Source: a virus
Lineage: Duplodnaviria; Caudoviricetes
Virus record (IMG/VR): IMGVR_UViG_3300046331_000690
Location: 1-56,120 of that record
DNA length: 56,120 nt
Reading direction: 5' to 3' (one strand)
In this document: one piece after another, positions 37,037-46,906 of the stretch
How the letters are laid out: the number at the start of each line of letters is the position of its first letter
Position numbering within the stretch: the first letter of the stretch is position 1
Translations under genes and position numbers: made by a program
The notes under the pieces: model-generated
What the model was told of the DNA's origin: nothing
Databases searched by the model: none
What the model saw: only the letters and a program-made list of their open reading frames with translations

Positions 37037-38901
37037 TGAAAAAAAGTACAACAATATTTTTAATAATGCTTTGCTGCAATTGCTTTGCTGCCAATCATTA
37101 TTTTTCTTCTACTGGTAGCGATGCAAATAATGGCTTAAGTTCTTTATTACCACAGCTTAGTATTTCTAAATTAAATACTGATATGGCCACTTATGCAAAT
37201 GGTGATTCAGTTTTGTTTAAGTGTGGAGATACTTTTTATGGAGCTATTACAGGATTTAAGACAGGTTTAAAATTTGGCAGTTACGGCACAGGTGCAAAGC
37301 CTATAATTTCGGGATTTACAAATGTAACAAGCTGGACAAATCTGGGTAGTAATATTTGGGAGAGTGTAGCAATTACCGGAACTAATAAGCCCAACATGGT
37401 AACTATTGGCGGCGTGGCAAAAGCAATGGGCAGATACCCAAATGCAGGGTACAATTTCTACACTTCATTTACCACAGGTTACATTAAAGATGCAGCCCTA
37501 ACAGGTAGGAACTTTACAGGCGGCAGGTTGTGTGTAAGGAAATTGCACGACATAATAAGTAACGATTCTATTACAGCACATAGCATTGATACCCTTTATG
37601 CAAATAGTATATCAGGCTACAATACATTGACCGGTTACGGCTATTTTGTAGAAAACCACCCCAATACATTGGATACAGAGGGTGAATGGTATTTTAATCC
37701 AATAACAAAAAAGTTACGAATTTACAGCACATCCAACCCAACGAGTGTAAAAATATCAACCATTGACACATTATGCTATCTATCTGCTTTTGATAATATT
37801 GCCATCAGTGGTATTGAGTTTCAAGGAGCAAATATTGCTGCTGTAGCGTTTGGTGGTCCTACAGTTGGTCAGGCGGTAAACGATACCATCAGAGGTTGCT
37901 CATTTACTTATAGTGGCAGGAACGCTATTTATTGTACATTCAACCGTTACTGCTCAATTGAGGGTAATTCAATTTACTACAGCCTGAATAATGGTATTTA
38001 TTGTGAAAACGAGGGTGGCAGAAGTTTGAATATTAATATCTCAAATAACACGATTAAACACACTGGTACATTGCCAGGCATGGGATTTATACAGGCAAGT
38101 ACAAGTAGCAATATCAGCTACAATGGCATTACCGTATTGGGAGATTCGGCAGTAATTACAGGTAACATAATTGATACGGTTGGGCATGTTGGCATTGCAG
38201 CTTACTACTCTAATACTAAAGTTAGAAACAACAATATCAACTACCACAATTACATAACAGACGATGGTGGTGGTATAAACTTTTTTGATGTAACATTTGG
38301 TGCAACAACCGAAACCGGGATTGATATAGTAGGCAATACAGTTACTAGGGGAATTGGTGCAGGCGTTGGAACTCCCGATGGCGGCAATGTGGCAAATGGT
38401 ATCTATCTTGATGATAAGATTAATGGTGTACGAATTGACAGCAATATAGTAACAACAGCCGCTAATCATGGTATCTACTACCATAATATAACCAACGTAA
38501 CAGCAAGTAGAAATAATGTAAGTAATTGTGGGGTGTCAGGCTTTGCGATAGCCCATGATGACCACGCTTATGGTATTCCTATCAGTAATTTAATTTTTAC
38601 AAATAACATAATTACACAGCCTACAGGATGGACTTTGTACTTCTATAATTTCATTGATGGCGGTAATTTGGATAGCATGTTTACAAGGCTTGACAGCAAC
38701 ACTTACTATCGTTCATCCTTGACAGATACTGCTTTTAGGACTATCAGGTTTAATGGTACAAGTTATTTCAACCAGCATCTGAATTTTGGAGGGTGGAGGG
38801 CTGGTTATCCTTTGTGGGATGTCAATAGCACGTTAACCATTCCGGCTGATAGAGTTGTGATTAAAAACTTTAAAGGGTATATGATTTTTAGAAAAAATTA
38901 A
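37036..38901 (+). CDS. Right-handed beta-helix protein (tailspike/depolymerase-like) with a signal peptide
   Basis: YFSSTGSDANNG, LFKCGDTFYG, YGTGAKPIISG, repeated I.GN.I, and GIYLDD. Confidence 0.8.
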   Translation: MKKSTTIFLIMLCCNCFAANHYFSSTGSDANNGLSSLLPQLSISKLNTDMATYANGDSVLFKCGDTFYGAITGFKTGLKFGSYGTGAKPIISGFTNVTSWTNLGSNIWESVAITGTNKPNMVTIGGVAKAMGRYPNAGYNFYTSFTTGYIKDAALTGRNFTGGRLCVRKLHDIISNDSITAHSIDTLYANSISGYNTLTGYGYFVENHPNTLDTEGEWYFNPITKKLRIYSTSNPTSVKISTIDTLCYLSAFDNIAISGIEFQGANIAAVAFGGPTVGQAVNDTIRGCSFTYSGRNAIYCTFNRYCSIEGNSIYYSLNNGIYCENEGGRSLNINISNNTIKHTGTLPGMGFIQASTSSNISYNGITVLGDSAVITGNIIDTVGHVGIAAYYSNTKVRNNNINYHNYITDDGGGINFFDVTFGATTETGIDIVGNTVTRGIGAGVGTPDGGNVANGIYLDDKINGVRIDSNIVTTAANHGIYYHNITNVTASRNNVSNCGVSGFAIAHDDHAYGIPISNLIFTNNIITQPTGWTLYFYNFIDGGNLDSMFTRLDSNTYYRSSLTDTAFRTIRFNGTSYFNQHLNFGGWRAGYPLWDVNSTLTIPADRVVIKNFKGYMIFRKN

Positions 38902-38911
38902 AAACTATCGC

Positions 38912-39184
38912 ATGGAAGAAATTACTCAAGTTAAAAAAGATATACAGGAAGTAAAGGTTAACGTAGGCACAATCCTTTATCTATTAAAGGGAGATGAATC
39001 TTTCGGTGAACACGGTTTTGTGAAAACTACAAAAGAGGCATTAGTAAACCACGAAGACCGGTTAAATCTGTTAGAAGAAGAGCAAGTTAGAAATAAGCAA
39101 TTGAAGAAAATAATATTTTGGCTTATATCAATTGCCGTAACAGAAGGCATCGCAACACTATTTTTAATATTTACAAAAAAATAA
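38912..39184 (+). CDS. Membrane protein (holin/antiholin-like)
   Basis: Coiled coil plus a C-terminal TM segment, in the lysis cluster. Confidence 0.5.
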   Translation: MEEITQVKKDIQEVKVNVGTILYLLKGDESFGEHGFVKTTKEALVNHEDRLNLLEEEQVRNKQLKKIIFWLISIAVTEGIATLFLIFTKK

Positions 39185-39189
39185 ATTTT

Positions 39190-39414
39190 ATGTGGGAGAA
39201 AATTAGCAAACAATCAATCATTAACATCATTAGCCTAATTACCATTATAGGCTGTTTTATTTTGCTTTACCTGATGCAGGTAAAAGAAATACCAGCTGGT
39301 AATAAAGACCTGGTACTTACTGCAACCGGATTTGTATTTGGCAACGGCATGGGATCCGTGTACGGCTACCTTTTCAGTAGAAGTAAAACAGAAGATAAAA
39401 AAATTACATCATGA
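39190..39414 (+). CDS. Holin
   Basis: Two TM segments and a charged tail. Confidence 0.6.
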   Translation: MWEKISKQSIINIISLITIIGCFILLYLMQVKEIPAGNKDLVLTATGFVFGNGMGSVYGYLFSRSKTEDKKITS

Positions 39415-39998
39415 AAAAATTATTACAGTTCGTATTATGGTTAATAGTAGCAGCGCTTTTAACCAGCTGTGGATCTTCTAAAAAAATTAAATCAAGCTCT
39501 TTTACTAAGTTAGATAGCACAGGTATTACTATTGCTAAAGAAGTATCTGTAAAAAAGGAAAATACATCAGCAAATAACATAGTTGAAAACAGTACAGAAA
39601 ACAGTTTTGAATTTTCTTTTGAAGAAGCAAAGGAGAGGGCAGATGACTTATGTAAAGATAAAAGTACTAAAAAATATGAGGTTGAGGCAACTGCTAAAAA
39701 ATATACCGTAAAAATTAATGGCCACACAATAGAGAGCTCCAGGCCAATAAAAGGTATAAAGTATCAGGGTAAAGAAAATACCAAGATAACTGAGGCTATA
39801 GTTAATAATACAACTGATAGTAGTACCAATGATACAAATATTTCCACTGTGAAAACTCAGGAAATAAATACTACCGAAAAGAAAAAGGAATATTCCGGAT
39901 TTCCATTATCATCCTGGTTTTTGCTTTTATTATCAATGTTGGTTTTGGTTGCCATCATCTTTAGAAAGGAAATAAAAAAATACATTGATCATGTTTAA
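39411..39998 (+). CDS. Putative unimolecular spanin
   Basis: N-terminal lipobox LTS|C plus a C-terminal TM segment. Confidence 0.65.
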   Translation: MKKLLQFVLWLIVAALLTSCGSSKKIKSSSFTKLDSTGITIAKEVSVKKENTSANNIVENSTENSFEFSFEEAKERADDLCKDKSTKKYEVEATAKKYTVKINGHTIESSRPIKGIKYQGKENTKITEAIVNNTTDSSTNDTNISTVKTQEINTTEKKKEYSGFPLSSWFLLLLSMLVLVAIIFRKEIKKYIDHV

Positions 39999-40662
39999 GT
40001 TAACTGGTGAAATATTACAAAAGCTTTGTCCTGAAATGCCATTGAATAAAGCAAATTTTATTGCAGGGTTATTGGTATTTATTTGTCCAAAATATGGCAT
40101 TGATACGGCAGATAAATTTCATGAATTTATTGCAAATGTTTTACATGAAAGTGGAGGGTTTAACATTTTATCTGAAAGCCTGAATTATAGCATAAAGGGA
40201 TTGCTTGAAACTTTTAGCCGTAAAAGAATATCTGAACAGGATTGCAAGCGACTGGGAAGGACACCAGCCCGGGCAGCAGAACAGGCACAAATAGCATGGG
40301 CGCTTTATGGCGGCGACTGGGGAAGGGCAAATTTGGGGAACAATAAACCAAATGACGGTTGGATTTTTAGAGGAGCCGGTCCAATACAAATTACGGGTAG
40401 AGAAAACATTACCAGGTTTGCCAATTACTACAATAAACTCAATTCAACCGCATACACTCCGGAGGAGATGGCAGACCTATTGAAAAGGGATATTGGCGTA
40501 GGAATACATTCTGCCTGCTGGATCTTTGCTATCTCAATGAACCTTATTAACGATGCTGTAAATGATAATATGGCTGTAATCGTTAAAAGAATCAACGGTG
40601 GTACCATTGGAATGCCCGATCGTATGAAATATTATGAACTGGCTAAAGAGTACATTGTTTAA
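39991..40662 (+). CDS. Endolysin, glycoside hydrolase family 19
   Basis: HESGG, ESLNYS, FRGAGPIQITGRENI and KRINGG motifs. Confidence 0.9.
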   Translation: MFKLTGEILQKLCPEMPLNKANFIAGLLVFICPKYGIDTADKFHEFIANVLHESGGFNILSESLNYSIKGLLETFSRKRISEQDCKRLGRTPARAAEQAQIAWALYGGDWGRANLGNNKPNDGWIFRGAGPIQITGRENITRFANYYNKLNSTAYTPEEMADLLKRDIGVGIHSACWIFAISMNLINDAVNDNMAVIVKRINGGTIGMPDRMKYYELAKEYIV

Positions 40663-40708
40663 AAATACTTTTCAGATTGCAAGCAGTAATATAATTGAAT
40701 TAAGAATT

Positions 40709-40737
40709 AGCCCTTGTACTTTTACAAGGGCTTTTAA
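40709..40737 (+). terminator. Terminator after the lysis cassette
   Basis: AGCCCTTGTA-cttt-TACAAGGGCT followed by TTT. Confidence 0.7.
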
Positions 40738-40751
40738 ATTAACTTCTTCCA

Positions 40752-40988
40752 ATGCGCTATATGTTCACTGCTATTATTGCAATTCCATCCTACCATATTG
40801 GTTTTTTAGACATTTTTGAGGTTGACAACAATACATATTTTGCAAACCCTAAAAACTCATGGGAAAGCCTACACTATCCTCCAGAGTATGTACAGTTTTA
40901 CTTTTCAAAAATTGGTTCAACATGGAAAACTGAACCACATGTACTTCAGAATATTTTAGAACAAGTTATTGAGCAAGGGGGGTTATGA
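40752..40988 (+). CDS. Hypothetical protein
   Basis: 78-aa ORF converging on the integrase. Confidence 0.5.
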   Translation: MRYMFTAIIAIPSYHIGFLDIFEVDNNTYFANPKNSWESLHYPPEYVQFYFSKIGSTWKTEPHVLQNILEQVIEQGGL

Positions 40989-42200
40989 AAAACTATTTGC
41001 CACCTTTTTAAGCCGTTGGTGTTGCCTTTCTTTTTCTCCATGTGCATAGTGCGATAAAGTTATTACAGGTGTTGTATGGCCAGCCATATCAGCTGCAGAC
41101 TGAATATCCAAAGCCGCTGCTATTTCATCTAAATTAGAATGCTTTAAACTATAGAAATCAGCAGAAATGTTAAGTCCACCTTTTTCAACTGTAGCTTTTA
41201 CGTGTGTCCTCCAGCGCCGGGTAATTTGCTCTGGCCTGATCTGTTTTACTCCTGGTTTAAGGCCAACACTAAATATAAAATCTTCTGGTTTTGCATCTTT
41301 CAGCAATTCTTCCCATAGGGGGAGTATATTATCTTTAATCGTTCTTAGCTGTTCATTTGTTTGTTTACCTTTTTTTACTAATAATTTGTATTGCTGTTTC
41401 TCAAGATAAATATCTTTTCTTTGAACCCTTAATAATTCAGTTTCCCGGCTGCCAGAATGAAAGAAAATTTGCATAAAACGCCAAAAGGAATAAGTTTTTA
41501 TTTTTAAATGATTATTTATTTTGGTTCTTTCTTCAGCTGTAAGGGTCTGTCTTATCCTTTTTATCACTTTCTTCTTTTTTAAATCTTTCACAGGATTTAT
41601 TTCTGTAGCCTCCATTTCTACCAATTCAGAGAATAGTATCATTAAGTATGATCTAAATTTATTGTAACGGTCATTGCTGAACTTAGGATTGATAATGGCC
41701 ACCTGCTCCAACAGTGCTTTAATATGCTTTCTTCTTACATCTCCAATTGTTAAAGCAGTAATATGCATTTGTCTGGCAGCGGCCTCTAATGCTTTAATTA
41801 CACATTTGATATCCTCAGTAGTATGTGGTTCAACTTTCAATTTTGGTAAAACCTCCCAAAAAGCTTCTATAAATTTTGTACCTGGATGAATCTCGTGGTT
41901 CAATACTACCGGTTTAATAAATTCTCCAGTAATAGGGTTGTATCCTTCATATTGAAGCATCATCAATAGCTCATCCATTACTACCTGTACAGCAGATCTT
42001 CTTTCCTGTAATGTTTTAAAGCGATTGATTTTGCTTTTCAGAATTTTTAAACAACCCTTTTTATATTTTTCTTTGAAAGCAGGGTCATGAAAATAGTATT
42101 GAATGTACCATTCCTTTTTTACAGAAGCAGATTGTGTTTTCCAGTTTTTCGGGAAAACAGTAGGTTCGCTGCAGGTGCAGCCATTTGGTAGTTGTAGCAT
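40983..42200 (-). CDS. int: Prophage tyrosine integrase
   Basis: GSRETE, KKGK, YSLKH, AGH and HY motifs; adjacent to attP. Confidence 0.92.
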   Translation of the reverse strand: MLQLPNGCTCSEPTVFPKNWKTQSASVKKEWYIQYYFHDPAFKEKYKKGCLKILKSKINRFKTLQERRSAVQVVMDELLMMLQYEGYNPITGEFIKPVVLNHEIHPGTKFIEAFWEVLPKLKVEPHTTEDIKCVIKALEAAARQMHITALTIGDVRRKHIKALLEQVAIINPKFSNDRYNKFRSYLMILFSELVEMEATEINPVKDLKKKKVIKRIRQTLTAEERTKINNHLKIKTYSFWRFMQIFFHSGSRETELLRVQRKDIYLEKQQYKLLVKKGKQTNEQLRTIKDNILPLWEELLKDAKPEDFIFSVGLKPGVKQIRPEQITRRWRTHVKATVEKGGLNISADFYSLKHSNLDEIAAALDIQSAADMAGHTTPVITLSHYAHGEKERQHQRLKKVANSFS

Positions 42201-42203
42201 AAA

Positions 42204-42452
42204 AGTATTAACCTTTTTATTAACTTTTTATGCTACCGTGCAAGGGAAACTAAAACTTAAATTAGCTGAAAACCTTATCAGATAAGGCTTTCAGCTTTGT
42301 ATCGGGGAGCAGACTTGAACTGCCGACCTTCGGGTTATGAATCCCCGTTTTAAATGTTATATTTTTTGAAACCCTTGCTGGTAGCGGTTTTTAATTTTGT
42401 GATTTTAGTCCGAAACGTCCAATTTTTATACAGTATTAACTTTTTTATTAAC
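42204..42452. other. attP region: tRNA(CAT) 3'-half core flanked by arm-type repeats
   Basis: Minus strand 42298-42344 reads GGATTCATAACCCGAAGGTCGGCAGTTCAAGTCTGCTCCCCGATACA. 21-bp direct repeats at 42204-24 and 42432-52. Confidence 0.85.
42264..42296 (-). terminator. Hairpin just downstream of the tRNA fragment
   Basis: AGCTGAAAACCTTATC/GATAAGGCTTTCAGCT. Confidence 0.6.
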
Positions 42453-42457
42453 CGTAA

Positions 42458-42850
42458 TTACTTCTTCTTTTTGCTTAGTAATTCAATATTCTGCTCCATT
42501 CTTACCATGTCTTTTTCAAGGCCTGATATTCTTTCTTTAAGGCTTTTTACCTGACTTTCTAAATTTGAAAACATCATCATCTCTCCTTGGCCAGTTAATA
42601 ACCAGGTTGGAGAAACTTTATAAAAATGCAATAGTCTTCCAACTGCTTCAAGGGTAAATGAATTTTTATTTAAAGAGTCCTGTGAATTTCTTATCCGGGT
42701 AATATTCGTACTTGCCATGCCGATTGTTTCTCCAATTGCCTTATCTGTTACCTTTCCTTTTGATCTATCTCGAAGAATTGAATCGATCGCTTGTAAAAAT
42801 CTTGCATTGATCTCGTCTGTGAAATGATATTTGTAGGTTATTGGTTCCAT
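42458..42850 (-). CDS. HTH regulator
   Basis: HTH-like segment, VSPTWLLTGQGEM motif, and a coiled coil. Confidence 0.7.
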   Translation of the reverse strand: MEPITYKYHFTDEINARFLQAIDSILRDRSKGKVTDKAIGETIGMASTNITRIRNSQDSLNKNSFTLEAVGRLLHFYKVSPTWLLTGQGEMMMFSNLESQVKSLKERISGLEKDMVRMEQNIELLSKKKK

Positions 42851-42881
42851 TATTATAAATTATTTTTTGGTACACCATTTA

Positions 42882-43499
42882 TTAAAATAAAATTCCAACA
42901 GAGGCATTAAAATAACCAGTATTATTATCACTATTATTATCCCTTGTAATTGTATGAAATCCACTGCCATTTAAATTTTTAATAGTTTGAATGGTGGTTA
43001 TGGAGGTATTGAATTGAATGTATCTATATCCAACAGAAGTATAGAATCCAAGATTTTGTTTAGATTTAATTGGTAGTATTGCTCCTAAATTGAAACCTGC
43101 AAAAGCTTGACCCTTAGTATTTGATTTAGTGGTTATACCCTCTCCGTTTCCAAGATTAAGCGAATAATTTAATTTAAAATTATAATTATAGGTGCCAAGG
43201 TTTAAAGATAAATAAACAGGAAGCTTGTCTATATATAAATACTTTCTAAAATCTATATATATTGGATAGGCAGTTGATGACGTTCCATTACTGGAAAATG
43301 AAATTAATTCTAAACCTAAACCTATCCCCATAGAACGGTTTCCATTTTTATTATTAGAAGATAATCCCATAAAAAATTTACCTCCAACGTTTTTTGCATC
43401 CTCTAGTTGTAAACCAACTTGAAAAGATGCGTTGCTTTTATTTTTAGACTGGCTAATACCGAATAATGGCATTAATAGTATTATAATTAACTTTTTCAT
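42882..43499 (-). CDS. Outer-membrane beta-barrel protein (lysogenic conversion)
   Basis: Signal peptide, alternating beta strands, terminal ...ASVGILF. Confidence 0.75.
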   Translation of the reverse strand: MKKLIIILLMPLFGISQSKNKSNASFQVGLQLEDAKNVGGKFFMGLSSNNKNGNRSMGIGLGLELISFSSNGTSSTAYPIYIDFRKYLYIDKLPVYLSLNLGTYNYNFKLNYSLNLGNGEGITTKSNTKGQAFAGFNLGAILPIKSKQNLGFYTSVGYRYIQFNTSITTIQTIKNLNGSGFHTITRDNNSDNNTGYFNASVGILF

Positions 43500-43500
43500 T

Positions 43501-44253
43501 TCAATTTCTATTGATAATTATTGAGTTTGTATTGCGTTTTATAACGCCGGTAACTATAAAAATATTGATGATTTCATTTACGGGTATATCAAAAGGGGGA
43601 TAGGCAAGTTTGCCCAGCCTGGCTCCTTCATCAAAAAGCATGGTATTATCTGAGTAGCAGGTAAAAAAATCACTGTGGCTTTCGTCATTTTTATAAAAAA
43701 TCCTTTTGACCATTCTTCTGTCTGCAGTTTCAATAACATAAACCTCTCCGGGCTCTATAAATTTACTTCTGCATCTAACTAATCCAATTACACATCCAGG
43801 AGGATAATTAGGGATCATGCTGTTCCCGTAAATTCTTATGGCTGCTTCACTATCATTTAATAAATCCCCAATATAAATTGTGCCGGCTGGAGCCTGAATA
43901 GGCATGATTTCAGAATTAAGGTTACCGGCTGATGCATCTGCATCGTAAAATGGAATATGTTTTTTTTCTTTTCCATTTTTTAAATCATTTCTTTTTACAT
44001 GGTATGGAGCAGTAGGTTCATTTAAGACATTTTCATTTAAATCAGAATTGGTGAGCATTTCTCCAACACCATGAAGTAGCCAAATCTCATTCAGTTTTGG
44101 ATAGGTAGATTTTATTTTAGAAAGGTTTTTTGGACCAATAGAAGTTCTAATATTATTTACAGAACCATTAGAAATATCACAGTTCTTTTCAAATTGAGAT
44201 TGCCCAATTTGGAGAGTATTTATGAATTCTATTAGTCTTTCTTTAACTGACAT
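43501..44253 (-). CDS. cI: CI-like repressor (HTH plus S24 peptidase)
   Basis: N-terminal HTH, WLLHGVGEM, GNSMIP and VKR. Confidence 0.88.
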   Translation of the reverse strand: MSVKERLIEFINTLQIGQSQFEKNCDISNGSVNNIRTSIGPKNLSKIKSTYPKLNEIWLLHGVGEMLTNSDLNENVLNEPTAPYHVKRNDLKNGKEKKHIPFYDADASAGNLNSEIMPIQAPAGTIYIGDLLNDSEAAIRIYGNSMIPNYPPGCVIGLVRCRSKFIEPGEVYVIETADRRMVKRIFYKNDESHSDFFTCYSDNTMLFDEGARLGKLAYPPFDIPVNEIINIFIVTGVIKRNTNSIIINRN

Positions 44254-44254
44254 T

Positions 44255-44361
44255 AGATAAATGTTCTGTAAAAATGTTTATGTTAATAACTGTGTGGAAA
44301 AAATATACAGAGAAAAGTTCTAAGTATTTTTGGTTATTAGAACAATGTTCTATTATCTTTG
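44255..44361. promoter_or_regulatory. CI/Cro switch: three operators and a rightward promoter
   Basis: AGA..nnnGTTCT at 44255-67, 44309-21 and 44339-51; TTTG(44329-32)-N21-TATCTTTG(44354-61). Confidence 0.75.
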
Positions 44362-44392
44362 CCATACCAAAGTAAATACAAAAAAACTAAAG

Positions 44393-44593
44393 ATGCAAAT
44401 TCCAGAACATTTAATTAAAAAATGGACCGCTTTAAGAAGTGGCGAGGATGTATCTAAAATAGCAGGATTAGCTGGATGCACTGGCCAAGCTGTTAGAGAT
44501 GCATTTAAGTTAAAAAGAACCAATACTAAAATATTTGCTGCTCTTGGAACTTACTACAAAGAAAAGGCTGAATTATTAAAAGAATTTATCTAA
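44393..44593 (+). CDS. Cro-like HTH protein
   Basis: Divergent from CI; SKIAGLAGCTGQAVRDA HTH. Confidence 0.65.
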   Translation: MQIPEHLIKKWTALRSGEDVSKIAGLAGCTGQAVRDAFKLKRTNTKIFAALGTYYKEKAELLKEFI

Positions 44594-44796
44594 TGACAGA
44601 AGCCCAAATCATAAACGAATTACAAACTATTGATGCTATGGCCAAGGCCTTAAGCGAAAGATGCTACCGTGCAAGGAAGCTCCTGGAGAGGATCTCCTCT
44701 CCAGCTCCCAAGGGGGGCAAGAGGAAAATTAGTGCAGAGCAGGAGGCAGAACTCCGGCTAAGCTTGAGAGGAAAGAAAACATTGTTTGCAAAATAA
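44593..44796 (+). CDS. Hypothetical protein
   Basis: Early operon ORF. Confidence 0.6.
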   Translation: MTEAQIINELQTIDAMAKALSERCYRARKLLERISSPAPKGGKRKISAEQEAELRLSLRGKKTLFAK

Positions 44797-44811
44797 AATA
44801 AACCTAGCTAT

Positions 44812-45063
44812 ATGATACACCCAAATTTACCTACCGTCTCGCTTTCTTTTGAAACGCTGTATATGCAGCATTGGTTTACTGTGAAATATGATACAGAGCA
44901 TGAAGGATGTATCCGGATTATGGATGTGATTTACAACTGCTGGCCGCTTGATGTGGTTGAACTTAGGACTGCTGATAAAGTACTATGGCAATTCATAAGT
45001 GATGCGGCCTTCAATAACTGTGAAACCCACTGGCAGGATTATAAGGAGGGTATAGCAGCATGA
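44812..45063 (+). CDS. Hypothetical protein
   Basis: Early operon ORF. Confidence 0.6.
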   Translation: MIHPNLPTVSLSFETLYMQHWFTVKYDTEHEGCIRIMDVIYNCWPLDVVELRTADKVLWQFISDAAFNNCETHWQDYKEGIAA

Positions 45064-45206
45064 TGAAGTATATACCTGCAATACCAATGAAGTGGATCCT
45101 CACTCAGTATTGCCTTAGTAAAAATTTACCATTCCGGCTCAACAGGCCAGAAGAATTAATAAGAGCCTTTCAGCATTATTGCAATAACGTAAAAAAATTA
45201 AACTGA
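45060..45206 (+). CDS. 48-aa hypothetical protein (not in the ORF track)
   Basis: MMKYIPAIPMKWILTQ...KKLN*; overlaps both neighbours at start/stop codons. Confidence 0.5.
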   Translation: MMKYIPAIPMKWILTQYCLSKNLPFRLNRPEELIRAFQHYCNNVKKLN

Positions 45207-45391
45207 TGAAAATTGCAATGACAATATTGAAGGTGCTGAAAGTGATAGCTGTTTTATTTCTGCTGTTTATTGTGTATGTGGCTGGGGTAATAATGATAAT
45301 TCCAATTATGCTTTTCACTGTCGTTTTTGGCAGATCGGATATGGTAGATCATGATGAGCTGATGAGTGAAAACATTGAGTATGATTTTTAA
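45206..45391 (+). CDS. Small membrane protein
   Basis: Long hydrophobic segment. Confidence 0.55.
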   Translation: MKIAMTILKVLKVIAVLFLLFIVYVAGVIMIIPIMLFTVVFGRSDMVDHDELMSENIEYDF

Positions 45392-45534
45392 TTTTTTCAT
45401 ATAGCAAGCAATCGTAGCCGGTGTATTTCTATACACTGGCACATTTTAAAGATTATGAGCAAATTGATTGATTGGTTAATAGATGTATTTATAGAATGGA
45501 TTGAGCCGCATGGCAACTCCGAAATAATGTAATT

Positions 45535-45927
45535 ATGAGTGAATGTAGTTTTCCAACCTGCACCAGAATACCAGAGCATAACGGCTACTGTTTTCTGCAT
45601 AAAATATACAGCAGTGTACCCCAACCGCCGAAGGTTAAAAAGGAAATCCCAAAAGTTTCTGAAAAGCGTAAGGAGCAGGACAAGCAATATAAAAAAGTAA
45701 AGAAAGAGATCTTAGGTAAAGATGCAAGATGTAAAGTAAAATCACCTGTTTGTACTGGTAAAGCTCAGGGATTAAACCACGACCAAAAGAGAACGCCGGG
45801 CAACTATACCAATGTAAATAATTTAACGCCCTGCTGCAATGCCTGTAATCTGTACATAGAAGAGCATTCAGCCTGGGCACTTGAAAACGGGCATACGATA
45901 AGCAAATTCGCAACAATTAAACAGTAA
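45535..45927 (+). CDS. Zn-binding HNH-like protein
   Basis: C..KSPVC...LNH...NLTPCCNACN. Confidence 0.6.
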   Translation: MSECSFPTCTRIPEHNGYCFLHKIYSSVPQPPKVKKEIPKVSEKRKEQDKQYKKVKKEILGKDARCKVKSPVCTGKAQGLNHDQKRTPGNYTNVNNLTPCCNACNLYIEEHSAWALENGHTISKFATIKQ

Positions 45928-45945
45928 TAAAATCAACAAAAAATC

Positions 45946-46875
45946 ATGAGTACAAAATTAACGCTGATTCAAAAACTAGATCAGTCGGCACCTGCAGCAA
46001 TAGTAGGGTTGCCAGAAGTAGCAGACCGCTTCAAAGGTATTTACAAAGTAATGAACGGCGGCGATGATGAAGTCGCTGGCATAAAGTACGAAGCTGAAAA
46101 ATTCCACTTTATGAAGTTAGTAACAGATACGGCCGCTTTACAGAACTGCACCAAATTAAGCCTGTATGGATGCTTTATTGATATGGCTGTAAATGGCCTG
46201 TCATTCGATCCTGCTATGAAGCATGCCTACATAGTACCGTTCTCAGTAAATGCTGGCACTAAAGACAACCCAAAGTGGGAGCAACGGGCTTCTTTAATGA
46301 TTGATGGCCGTGGCGAATTGCTGATCAGAGTAAGACAAGGGCAAATAAAATACGCTGATAACCCGGTACTGGTTTATGAAGGCGATGAGTTTATGCATGG
46401 TACTACAAAAGGATCTGTATTCTTAGAGCATAAGGCTGTATTTCCACGTAAATCAGATAATATCATTGCCTGTTATCTACGAATAGAAAGGCCAGATGGA
46501 TCCGTTGATTATAAGGTAATGGGTATTGACGAAGTGTTGAAATTAAAAGAATTTGGAAAGAACGGCAATAGCCTGGCATGGACAAAAGGCTTACCGGGCA
46601 TGGTGCAAACCAAATGTATTAAACACGCTTTCAGAAGCTATCCAAAAGTAAAGCTTGGTAATTTTACCAAACTACAGACAGAAAGCATTGAACCCACTCC
46701 AGAGGTTACTATTGATTACGGCTTAAATGACGCTGCTGAGGAGCTTCCGCAAGCTACCGGAACATTTACACCGGTCATGATTGTAGAGCCAGTAAAGCAG
46801 CCAGTACAAGATGATGAGTTTGTTTCTAAAGCTCAGCCATCCGGAAGTAAAAGCTTTGATGATGATGACTTTTAA
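45946..46875 (+). CDS. recT: RecT-family ssDNA annealing protein
   Basis: GLSFDP..AYIVPF, VYEGDEF, MVQTKCIKHAF, and an acidic tail. Confidence 0.85.
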   Translation: MSTKLTLIQKLDQSAPAAIVGLPEVADRFKGIYKVMNGGDDEVAGIKYEAEKFHFMKLVTDTAALQNCTKLSLYGCFIDMAVNGLSFDPAMKHAYIVPFSVNAGTKDNPKWEQRASLMIDGRGELLIRVRQGQIKYADNPVLVYEGDEFMHGTTKGSVFLEHKAVFPRKSDNIIACYLRIERPDGSVDYKVMGIDEVLKLKEFGKNGNSLAWTKGLPGMVQTKCIKHAFRSYPKVKLGNFTKLQTESIEPTPEVTIDYGLNDAAEELPQATGTFTPVMIVEPVKQPVQDDEFVSKAQPSGSKSFDDDDF

Positions 46876-46906
46876 TTTTTAACCTTCTAATAGTTCAACA
46901 AAAAAA

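Noticed and set aside
42298-42344. Second complete tRNA gene
   Set aside because: Only the 3' half is present, with no D arm or 5' acceptor strand; interpreted as the attP core.
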